Part shown: piece by piece, positions 23,846 to 34,504 of the stretch
How positions within the stretch are numbered: the stretch's first letter is position 1
How the letters are laid out: each line of letters opens with the position of its first letter
DNA from: Cirrosporium novae-zelandiae
Taxonomy: Eukaryota
Direction of reading: 5' to 3'
DNA length: 64,000 bases
Assembly: GCA_026023565.1 (NCBI GenBank)
Contig: JAPETS010000023.1
Coordinates: 124,001-188,000 of the forward strand
Notes under the pieces: generated by a model
The model's database searches: none
What the model was told of the DNA's origin: nothing
What the model saw: only the letters and a program-made list of their open reading frames with translations
Translations under genes and position numbers: made by a program

Positions 23846-25222
23846 TGATCGATCACCCCGATAGCATGTATTCCTCACCGGGGATGTAGGAACACAACAA
23901 ACTACCCAATTTAACATGGGACTTATAATGAGTGGGTCGAGTACGTCGAGCGACCCCGTCATGAAGAGCGGATAGAGGCTCAGAGAGCTGGTCGTCGAAA
24001 CAAGCTGGCTGCACCAAATTATCATAATCATATATATAACTAGAATCATACACAGGGCTAAAAATAATAATTATAACATCTTACGCATACGCAGAAGAAC
24101 AAAACGTCCCCATCAAAATTCCACCCTCTCACCCTCCTAAATCAAAATCAAAACTAAAACCTTTCCCTAGTCCTCGCTCTCCTCTTCCCCACATGCGCCA
24201 TGCTCATTGCTCTCGCCATCTCTACCAACTTCCCCCAAGCGAAGCAAGTCTTCCCATGGTTACATGGAACTTCATCCAGAAAAACTATTGTCCAGTTAAC
24301 GTTATTAAACCCCCCACAATCCCTTGCTAAATTTATATCACCAATATTTGCTGTAATGTGTTGTTGCTATCTGTGACGGGTGAGATTGAGTATTTGAGAG
24401 GAGGGAAAGGCACTAGAGGCCAGGTAATCATACTTCTTACCCCCCCCCCCCCTTTAAAGCCATAAATATATAGCCATCCGCCAACGTAAACCAATATCCT
24501 ACGTTTGAGCTAGTTAGATTAATTAGATCTTGGATATACTGTGTGGCTGCGCGATTGGATATGCTTCTGATGTGGTACTATTAATGAGTGTATTTACTTG
24601 AGTAGGTACGTAAGTTAGGAAGTGTGCGTACGTGCGTGCTAAATAGCTGACGTTGAAAAAAAAAGGAAGTAGATCAGATCAGATCAGATCTAAGGAGAAA
24701 TCCCACCCCTTGGTACTACTATGTTTATATACTTACACTCATAATAATAAAAATAAAACATTTTTGCCAATTGTGTTCAAATTGAATTCGTTCAAATGTT
24801 CCAATAGTAGTAGTGGGTTACCCCCCCTTCTCACACACATGGCAACACATAAACACACATATACAAGATCCCGTACATATATCATTGACCAAACCAGTTT
24901 TTACTTCCAGTTATGGCCCAACTTAACTTGGGCATATGCATTTCATCCATCATCATGTTCAAAGAAAAAGAAAAAAGCAAAAAAAAAAGGAAAAGGAAAA
25001 GGAAAGGGAAAGAAAAAAAAAAAGTCTTGATACCAATAAAGACGCCTTGTCCAAATATGTCGAAAAGAAAGGGTTGGGTTTGGGTTTCTGCTAATGAGGA
25101 TCATGGAAGGGGGATGGTGGATTGACTGACTACCTTGTTCTTGTTCATAGATATCATATCGCTTTCCTAGCGCGGGGTAGGATAGTAGGTGATAAGGATA
25201 AGAAAATACTCGACCCGGCCGA

Positions 25223-26730
25223 CTACTCCCAGTCATCTTCGTCGCTTTCCTCCTCTTCATCGTCGTCGCTACTCTCTTCCTCTTCCTCTTCCTCCTCTTC
25301 ATCATCTTCGCTCTCCTCTTCCACAACACTCTTCTTCTGAGTTGGGCTTGGCGGCGCCCGACTGTTAGCTCCGCTTGTGGCGCCGCTGACAAGATCGTAA
25401 CTCGCGTCGCTATCAGCTTGGGAATGCAAGTCGTTTGAGTTGCGGGGGGAGTTTGGTTTGAGGGTTGCCTTGTCGGTGGATGTGGAAGTAGTAGTAGGTG
25501 GGTTTTTGAGAGTTGAAGTTGAGTTGCTGAGATCTGTTGCGGCTTTGTCGGCAAGTGGGGTCTTGTGGCTGGTGCTGGGTCTAGCCGTGCTAGGACGCGA
25601 TCCTTCTGCGGCGGTGGCGGCAGCAGCAGCAGCTACGGGGGTGGAGGATTCGGTGGAGGTTTCGTCGGAGTCGGAATCAGAATTGTCCCATTCGACTTCT
25701 TCTTCTTCTTGGTCTGCAGCGGCGCCTGGTGAGAAAGGGGTGAGTAAGCGGGATAGAAGTGTGTCGACATAGAGGGGTAAATAGATAACGTACCTTTGAG
25801 AAGCTCCCTTCTCTTCTCCTCCTCAGTCTTAATAACATGACGCAAAAAGTAGTACCTGCACCAGAATATCCCATACTCCACCTTCTCAGGCACAGCTTTT
25901 TCCATTGCTCGTCTTAATTCCTGGTATTTTTCCAAATCCTGTCCAATCTCCTCAGTCTTTTCCTCAACATTGAAATTCTTCTTCCAGTCGGCATATTGAG
26001 GGCTCGCCGGGTCCTTCATGAAGCTATCCAAACTCGAATGTATGACGTGCAATTGTGCATCAAATCGGCTTGTATGAATCACTCTGTGGCCTTCGGCATC
26101 TTGGCTTTCGAAGAGGACTGTATCTGGATTATTGGGATCTCCACTATTAGCGGGTGGTGCAATTGTCACGGCATCTTGGAGGAAATTCCGAAGATTGAGG
26201 CCAAACTTCAGCAGAGCTTCGTCGGCGGCATCTTCGGCGCGTTGGACATCCTTCAATCTCTTCGCCGCCTCGGATTTGAATCTGTTGATGATGCTTTCAT
26301 TTTCTTGAATTTGATCTTTCTCGCTAAGCTCCTTCTCGCCCTCTTTTGGCGCCTCTTTGGTTTTAGATGGTCCTTCACCAAGACCCGTGAGACTAAGACT
26401 CCTCGTCCGGTTAACGATAGTCTCTCTCAAATCTGTGAAGCCCTTCAGCGCTTCCTCTTTGCCAAGGGCATATTCCTTTTGAGCCTCCCCGAGGTAACTC
26501 TCTCCCTGTTTTCTCACATTCCCCCAGAGACCGCCTAATCGTGCACCCCATGGAGACGACTGTATGGCTTTGAAAGTTTCCTGGAACTCGGCATTGAAGG
26601 TATTGGGGGCTGGATCCTGTTGTGGAGCTTTACCCTTATCGTCCTTAGAGATTGATGCATCAGTAGGTTCAGGAGTTTTGGAAGTCGTAAGGTCTTCCTG
26701 AAGAATGTGGTCGTAGGCAATGTCAGCCAT
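25223..26730 (-). CDS. BSD-domain protein (Dos2-like), 2 exons
   Basis: SRFDAQLHVIH...VPEKVEYGIFWCRYYFLR (BSD FW motif). Intron 25726-25793 joins to the acidic tail EEVEWD...SDASYDLVSG...DEDDWE*. Confidence 0.88.
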
Positions 26731-27128
26731 TATGGTAGCTGGAGGATTGTAAAGATAGTAGGTCGGTGTGTGGTTTGCTTGGGTGGGTAGAGAGCTTGGG
26801 TGTCACAGGTCACGGGGGACTTGGCATAAACTGAATGTGGTAAGGTCTTGTTAGTGAATCGCCTACCTCCGTCGGTACCCTTGACCAGCTTTGGCGGCGT
26901 CTATGAGAGAGTCCGATTTCTTTCTTACAATCAAGTGAATATTTTAGTAATGAAATAGTCTACATAATCATTCGCAAATTCTCATGTCTATAATAATAGA
27001 CGCGAGTCTATATTTCGCATTCTGTTCTATGTACTGTACTGTACTGTACAAACCGCCTCCCATCCATGCCTTCTAATCGTATAAAATGAAAACTAGTTAT
27101 TTATTCATGACCAAGTAGAATATTAATG

Positions 27129-29714
27129 TCATAGAGCTTCCACAGCAGTTACAAATCTCTCCATGACAGGTCGTTGGCTTCCCCCCTCCTGCTTCTCCGA
27201 ATTTCCCTCATTAATTGATGACTCGGCTGTTTCTTTCTTCGTACCCTCACTTGGTGATTCAATTGATTCATCATCCCTCCTGCTAACAGGAGTAGTGTCA
27301 CCTTCAGCATGACTGGTCAGTGTTAATGTACTTGCATTCTCATTCTCATCTCTCAGCTTGAACGGGAGAGCCATCTTCCCCTCTGTCGTTGTAAACAAAG
27401 GTCTCTTGAAAGTAGTGTCCCGCTCTAAGGATGGTTCATCTGCTGTAACACTAGCATCGTCATTGTTGATAGGATCCGGCACATCATCGGGCCCCATGCT
27501 TGCCGACTCGAGGAATGTAGTTACCGATGTATTCTCATTAGGAGTATCTTTGTTGGCAAGTTGACCTTCATAAACAACTGCTCGACGGCGAGATCGGGAA
27601 GCAGAAGGATGTGTCAGGTCAGGGCAACTTTTAGAATTGGCACCTAAGCTTTGACCGCTTGACTTTGCGACTGAGGCTAATTTGGCGTCGGCCTTTTCTT
27701 CCCGTTCAAGCTGTGATGAAACTCTGTTAGTATAAATATTAGGAAAAGAAGTTACGATCAGAGGACATACAGTTTTAAAGTCGTGTTTGCTACCCCAGCC
27801 ACTCCACATACTCATTCCCCAACTCTTTCTCCGTGGTCTTTCTTTTGTCATATCTGCCTTTCTTCGTCCCGCCAAAGCACTGGGAGGTGGTATTTCGCCA
27901 TCAAATCCCTCATAGCCTTTCACCATATCTGATAGTCGATCTTTATGGATCCTGACTTTGTCATGGTGGTACTTCTTGTCCCAGTGTGCCTTTGCAGCTA
28001 GCCAATTGCGTGCAGGACCAGGTTTTATAAAACCGACCTCACTGGGATGGAGTTGTAGCGCAGGTAATTCAGAAATCGCAGGCAGAGGAGTAATAACTCC
28101 ATGCTGTGATACTTGCTGGCGAATCATGTGTTGATGGAAATTGGGTAGTGGATCTCCAGCTTGACCAACAACCATAGGCTGACTAGATAAAGAACCGTCC
28201 TTGGATGCAGCATTGGAAGATGAAGAGCTAGTAGATGAAATCATGGATATTTCATCGTCATCAAGTATGTCGACTGCCTTGTTTTGGGCTCGTGCCAATG
28301 CCCAAGCACTGAATTGAGCGATGGATCTATACATGAGTTTTGCGGGGCGGGTGAAACTCAATGTGGTGGGGACATGACACAGATCATCCCAAACTTGTAG
28401 CTGAACATCAGTCGGCTTCCATTTACTAATAGCTTCTCTTGCTCCCGGGTTTGAGTCGAGATATGTGTCCGCTGGGGGATATTTGGCTGGACTAGCAGCC
28501 TTGTGGGCGAGGTATATTTGTTCATCACGCAATATTTCACCGCCGCCAGTAAGAACAATTAGAGGAGGTAATCCACCGAGCGAAGGTTGTAAGGCAGGCG
28601 AAACAAGCGGGTGCGAGAGGAGATCATTCGGAGCATACATGTGGATTTGGTCTTTGATTTCTACTAAATCGCCGTCAATCATTACGGAGAGATTAGGAAT
28701 TGACTTAGGGGTCACGTTGCTGGTGTAAGTGGGATCGGAATCCTTTGTGCTTGTGGGAGGTTCCAGGCCTTCGGGTTTCTTGTGAACATCGATACCTTTA
28801 CCCGAGACCTTCGATTTATTAATGTCATCCTTATCTTCTATTAAAGATTTCATTTCCTCAGCTGTAGGTGGTGGCCAAGATTCTGAAGGTCTCTGCATGA
28901 AACCATGTGAAGGAATATAATCTTTGCTATCATCCTCAGCCAGGCTTGGAAAAGAGTGTGTTAAATCAACCCAGGGAGAAATGAGGACCGCTCCAGCAGG
29001 CAATGGCAAACCTTGATCACGCAAAGTGACAAGCATGCTGACAATCATACCACCTCCAGCAGAGTCCCCTGAGAATATAATCTGAGACGGGTCGTGAATT
29101 GTTAGAAGATACAAATATGCGGCTAAACAGTCCTGAAGGCCGCATGGGAAGGGGAATTGAGGAGCAAGTCGATATTCTGGGGCAAAAACTCTTGCCTGCA
29201 GCTTTCTAGCATGTCTTTGTAGCTGAAAACGATGCTCGTCATTGCTGCCGAAGAAGTATGCTCCGCCATGTATATAGAGCACAATCCTGTCGCCCTTTTC
29301 GCCTCGTTCCTTTCTTTGATTATAATCGGTCCGCATTTCAATCCATTCCGCTTGCAGGTTACTTCCAGATTGCCTCCATTGCCACCACTTCTTCCCTCCA
29401 ACCTGTTCGATACCTCGAGGACCTAGCTGGTAGATTAAAGTTTCCGCGGCATTTACAATAGACGATTCCGGAATCACCACTTCTTCGACGTGCACCCAAT
29501 GGGGATGGGGAACCCACTGGGATGTGAAAGCTTGTACTTGCTCGACGGTGTGGTGGGAAGCGTATACGAGGAAGCGGCGAATCAGCAGAAGCCCTTCATG
29601 ATAGGATATGTGCGCAGTAGGTTGATGATGTAAAAATTTGCGATTCAAGTAATGGGAAATATAGGTTTGGACAATGGTCGGGAGGATTGCAGCGCCGACT
29701 GTAATAGTATTCAT
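27129..29714 (-). CDS. Hormone-sensitive-lipase-family alpha/beta hydrolase (lipase/esterase) with long disordered C-terminus
   Basis: HGGAYFFG oxyanion motif, YRLAPQ, GDSAGG nucleophile, EILRDE, DLCHV. Probable in-frame intron at 27711-27770. Confidence 0.9.
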   Translation of the reverse strand: MNTITVGAAILPTIVQTYISHYLNRKFLHHQPTAHISYHEGLLLIRRFLVYASHHTVEQVQAFTSQWVPHPHWVHVEEVVIPESSIVNAAETLIYQLGPRGIEQVGGKKWWQWRQSGSNLQAEWIEMRTDYNQRKERGEKGDRIVLYIHGGAYFFGSNDEHRFQLQRHARKLQARVFAPEYRLAPQFPFPCGLQDCLAAYLYLLTIHDPSQIIFSGDSAGGGMIVSMLVTLRDQGLPLPAGAVLISPWVDLTHSFPSLAEDDSKDYIPSHGFMQRPSESWPPPTAEEMKSLIEDKDDINKSKVSGKGIDVHKKPEGLEPPTSTKDSDPTYTSNVTPKSIPNLSVMIDGDLVEIKDQIHMYAPNDLLSHPLVSPALQPSLGGLPPLIVLTGGGEILRDEQIYLAHKAASPAKYPPADTYLDSNPGAREAISKWKPTDVQLQVWDDLCHVPTTLSFTRPAKLMYRSIAQFSAWALARAQNKAVDILDDDEISMISSTSSSSSNAASKDGSLSSQPMVVGQAGDPLPNFHQHMIRQQVSQHGVITPLPAISELPALQLHPSEVGFIKPGPARNWLAAKAHWDKKYHHDKVRIHKDRLSDMVKGYEGFDGEIPPPSALAGRRKADMTKERPRRKSWGMSMWSGWGSKHDFKTVCPLIVTSFPNIYTNRVSSQLEREEKADAKLASVAKSSGQSLGANSKSCPDLTHPSASRSRRRAVVYEGQLANKDTPNENTSVTTFLESASMGPDDVPDPINNDDASVTADEPSLERDTTFKRPLFTTTEGKMALPFKLRDENENASTLTLTSHAEGDTTPVSRRDDESIESPSEGTKKETAESSINEGNSEKQEGGSQRPVMERFVTAVEAL

Positions 29715-30510
29715 GGTGAACAGAAATGATAGAAACGATCGGTGCTAAGTTATGAATACAATTTAAATGAGCGATATTTTTAAACAGTAAAAACCATCCC
29801 TATTTAAATGAGTGTTAGGGGATGGTAGGAATTTCGAGAATAGTTTATTGTCGATCGAAGCAGATTATCGTAAATGGTATACTAAGGGGGGGGGCTCCTC
29901 GTAATTGGATTAGTAAACAGATGGAGTAAAATGGAGATAGTATTGGCTATAAGGAAGGTAGCAAATTATATATAGCAAGCAAAGAATGTTGTAAAAGTGA
30001 AGGAGGCGGTGAAAGTGATAAATTACATATTAGTAGTTGAAGAGATGGATGGAGGTGGTGAAAACAACAAAGCTATATACGTGTGTATTGGGAAAGCGCT
30101 GGAAGTAAGGTTGTTCTAGAATGGATAGAGGTGACGAATGCAGATGTGGTTTAGAGTGGTTGGTGGTGAAGTCGAGACGAAAGTAGAACATCTAGACTTT
30201 CAGGAGAATCATCAAAAAGGCCTAAAGGAAATAATCTGATGTCATGAGACAACATATCGAGTCAAGCCGGGCACGTCGGACACGTCGGGATCTCCGATAC
30301 ACTAATTATGGCTTTTGAGCTTAAGAGTTACCCGGCACCAGGCACATTAAAACAAACTCGGCACAACTTCGGTACACTCGACTTTTGATTGGTTTGATTC
30401 AAACATGCGGGGGATAAGCCGTAACATAGCACCCAGCTTGCATTGACGAAATTTCGATCCCACACAAAACTAACTGGCATAATTTTCCTACCATTATCAT
30501 TTTATCTCTA

Positions 30511-31197
30511 ATGCCTTTCACACCTCAGAATCTAGGACCTGTCGCACAGATAGGCCTCACTACCCCTATTTCCAGAGGTATCTAGATTGACCAACTTAAA
30601 CGTAAATGCACATCTCGTTTGTGGCTAATATTTTTCATAGAGAAGATATCATCCCAGATCGACCTCGCTATTTCTCTCCTCTTGTCGGACTGGGAAGCCC
30701 TTTCTATAGCTGTCGAAAATAATTTGGGTGGCCCAGATTCTGCCGACAAGCGCGATTTCCTGGCTGGTGCAATTTCCGAACTATTTACCGAACGCCCCGA
30801 CACCGATGCTCAAGATGTTGAGGAGGTACTTCAAATGTATATGGAAGATGAATTTAGCGATGAATTTGGAGCCCTCATACAAGACGAGAGCGATGGTCCC
30901 CTCCTGATAGCTGAAAAGATATGTCTTGTTCGGCGCGAGTGTCTGAGAGGTGATTTCGGGAGGGTTGAGAAAATGTGGGCAAAGTTCCAGCAACGTCAAG
31001 GGAGAAACCAGACATCAGTGCAATTCCAGCAAGCCGACGGAGAAGAAGATGACGATGGAGAGGAAGGTGAGGATGAAGGAGATATGGACGAAGATATGGA
31101 CGAAGCACCACCACTGGTCCAGGCGCCAAAGGAGAAAGCACCCCCTGATGTTGACGAAGATGGCTTTACAAAGGTTATTGGCAAGAAAAGGAGATGA
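30511..31197 (+). CDS. TSR2: Pre-rRNA processing protein / eS26 escortin Tsr2, 2 exons
   Basis: ATG 30511 exon splices (GTATCT...CATAG) into WEALSIAVENNLGGPDSADKRDFL. Acidic tail ends DEDGFTKVIGKKRR. Confidence 0.88.
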
Positions 31198-31564
31198 TAT
31201 TAGCAATAACTAATTACGGATATTTGGGGCGTTTGGGTGGCTGTATATAAGCTTGGTACTGCTGATAGGCAATACGATATCTGATGCATTCATGACCTCC
31301 TCGAGGACTGCTATATGAAACTAAAATGGCGCTCTATCCCTTTGTATTTTTCGAGCATCAACGCAGTTCTATGCGATTTTGAATCCTAGTACATACCCCT
31401 TTAGGCATCCCAGGAAGTCGTTACAACCATAACAACATAGAAGTATTCGTTCATGCATCAATTCCTCGTCAAATCATTCATACCAACTTTCTAGAGTACT
31501 TTTATTCATCACTTTACTTCTCCGGACTCGACTCAGGGCTGATATGATTTCTTCTGCTATCGAA

Positions 31565-33740
31565 TTAATCATCTTCATCCTTAATGAGCTTCGTAATCTT
31601 GCCGATGGCTATTGTTTGGCCCTAGAAAGAGGTGTTAGCGAACAGTTCTAAAAAGGATGAAAATGGCCACCCTTACCTGATCACGTAATGTGAAACGCCC
31701 AAGTTGCGCATAGTCTTCGAATCGTTCCACGCATACCGAGCCTGCTGCGCTGATGACTTCTAGACGAGCAATAATACTCTGGCCTTTTGTGGCAAACGCA
31801 GGTGGCTTCTTGCTTTTCCTTCCCGTCCCTTTCTCGAGCTTATGCAGTAGGGCTGCAAACGTGACTTCTTCAATAGCTGCATGGACATGCAACACGCAGT
31901 TGAAACCTGCGCTTAGGATGCTCTTCAATTCGAGTAGAACAACCTGGGCCTCAAAGGCTTTAACGCAGTGAACCAGTCTTTTTGGAGAACAGAGAACAAA
32001 TCCAAGAGCTATATCTTCCTCCTCAATACCACGAATGCGAGCCCTGACCTGATCGCCGCAGGTAGCATGTGGAACCTCATCCTCCGTTTCGCCGTACAGA
32101 GCCGCAATCTCGACTTTCTCACGATTAGGCATCATTACAAGACTCATATTCTTTGTGACGATGCCTGCCTCGATCTTTCCCTCAATGATGGTTCCCATAT
32201 CACGATACTTTCCATTAATTGGCATCATAAATGGTGCTTTGACTTTGCGTTCGAAGGTCTTCATGCTGTCCAAATATTCGATTAACGAGGGACCGTCATA
32301 CCAGGGGGCTAAATCCTTTGGTACTCGGTCCTTAATGCCAGTGGCAGTCTGAGCAGAAATAGGCATCATGAATACATCCGTCTTTGGGTTGTACCCGACA
32401 CCTTTCAAGAAGTTGGATAGTTTAGTCGTACATTCCACATATCTATCCTTGCTCCACTCAACAGTAGGGTCATCCATTTTATTTACCACGACAAGAAGTT
32501 TGTTGACTCCTTGTGTTTTGGCTAAAATGGCATGTTCGCGTGTTTGGCCACCTTTCTCGAAACCAGTTTCGTATTCACCTTTTCTGGCAGATATAACAAG
32601 GACACCAATATCAGCCTGGGAGGCTCCTCCAATCATATTTGGCACGAAGGTTTTATGGCCCGGTGCATCAAGAATAGTGTATCGGCGTCTCTCTGTTTCG
32701 AAATACCCTCGACCAACTTCTACCGTTTTTCCCTTTGCTCTTTCTTCCTTTGTTAGATCAAGGGCCCAAGAAAGGTACCAGGTCTCTCGCCCCGCATCTT
32801 TAGAATCGCGCTTGTATTTGTCCATTGTTCGTTCATCTACCATTCCAGTGGCATATAGAATACTGCCACCTAGTGTCGATTTGCCGGCATCAACGTGCCC
32901 TATGAAAATAATATTGACATGTTCTTTGCCATAGAATTCGTCCAGGGTCTCCTCATCAACGTCAGCTTGTTGGGCTTTGGCAACAGCATCCGCTTCTCTA
33001 GCAGCAGCCTTTGAATCTGCAGGTGCGGGACTAGATTTTCCGGATGAAGGACCTGGGGACCCTGTGTTGCTTTTGGAAGATTTCTTTGCTTGTGTTTTCT
33101 CTACCGCTTTGGCAGCGACAGTTTTTGCAGCGTCGTCAGCAGTTGGCTGTTGCTTAGTGATGGCGGGAGAACCAGTGGACGATGCCTGGGGTGGTGTAGA
33201 TGAGGCAGTAGCAGCGCTAATTGAGAGAACCTTTGCTTTAGATACACCATCTCCGCCAATAGAAAGAACTTTAGCTTTCGGTGGGTCACTTGACGTTGAG
33301 GCTGAAGGAATTGTTGAAGCGTTTGCGGCAGGTGATGCTGTCGCGTCACCTGCTTGTGGTCGTTTGGCTATGATAGGCACCGTCCCTGGCTGAGGTTGGT
33401 TTTGGTAGTCTGGTTGTTGGTATCCGCCGTATTGCCCGCCGTATCCTTGATTGTATCCGCCTTGACCACCATAACCTTGGTGGTATTGATTGTATGCTTG
33501 CTGTTGTCCATACTGAGGATAGCCTTGCTGGTTGTTGTAGTATTGTCCATACTGTTGATTATAACCACCATATTGTTGATATTGTTGACTTGGTTGGAAG
33601 GATTGTGCGCCAGGCTGGAAGGAGGAAGCGCCCGGACGGAAGGTAGATGCTCCAGCATTGAGGTTCAGATTTTGAGCCTGCTGCGAGAGGTCTTCCTCTT
33701 GCGCAGCAGGGTCGTCTTCCCAAGAGTTAAGTTGAGACAT
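31565..33740 (-). CDS. SUP35: Eukaryotic release factor 3 (eRF3/Sup35), 2 exons
   Basis: Q/Y/G-rich N domain; GHVDAGKS, RAKGKTVE, DAPGH, NKMD. Intron 31622-31676 joins GRFTLRDQ to GQTIAIGKITKL...*. Confidence 0.97.
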
Positions 33741-34504
33741 GATGATGATCTGAATGTTTGATGTTTCCTAGTTGGTAGGAAGTGAGAAAAGTTGAGGGGT
33801 GGCACACAGCCCCACTTTACAAGGGAAAGCTGTCTCTATTCGAAGGTGGGAGGCGTAGGAGGCTAAAAAGATCAGATAAGAAACGATTTTGGAGGGGTAA
33901 TTGTTTTTTTTTGCTGGTCTTTAGAAATTTGACTAGTTTAGGGGAAATGTTTTTTTCGTTGGTATTGCTGAAGAGGAGTAACTTAGGTGGCAGATTGGAT
34001 GAAATATAAAAAATTTGAGAAGCTGGACGATGTGACGAAATTACAAATGTTCAGTAGATAGAGGTCAAGTCATCAACCAGATCTAGTAGAGATGGTGTAT
34101 GTGATGGAGTGAAGAGGCGTAGTCTATAAATGACTGTGTAGGCCTTTTACAGTGAAGCCCTTAGTTACAGTACCTTTAATTACATGGACATACCCTTGTT
34201 TTTCTCAATCTTACGCAAGTTAGGTACTTGTGGAGAAAATCGGGTATCTACTGACGTCTACGTTGGGCTTCGATGGCTTCTGGATTTCAAGTTCTATCCC
34301 TTCGGTTGTACTGTAATTAATACCTGTTACACCCTGCTCCCTGCCCCCCCTTATATCGTAATTTATCAAATCAAGTGCTCCCCATTCAAGCCGAGGAAAA
34401 TGTTACTCACAGTAATAAGCAACATCATAACTACACAGTATGACTCTTATGCCCAACGTGGTATGATAATTCTCTAGCAGGCTTACCGTTGAGCTTAACT
34501 AAAT

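Noticed and set aside
24653..25030. Lys-rich ORF
   Set aside because: It is an A/G low-complexity tract in the 3' flank of the BSD gene.
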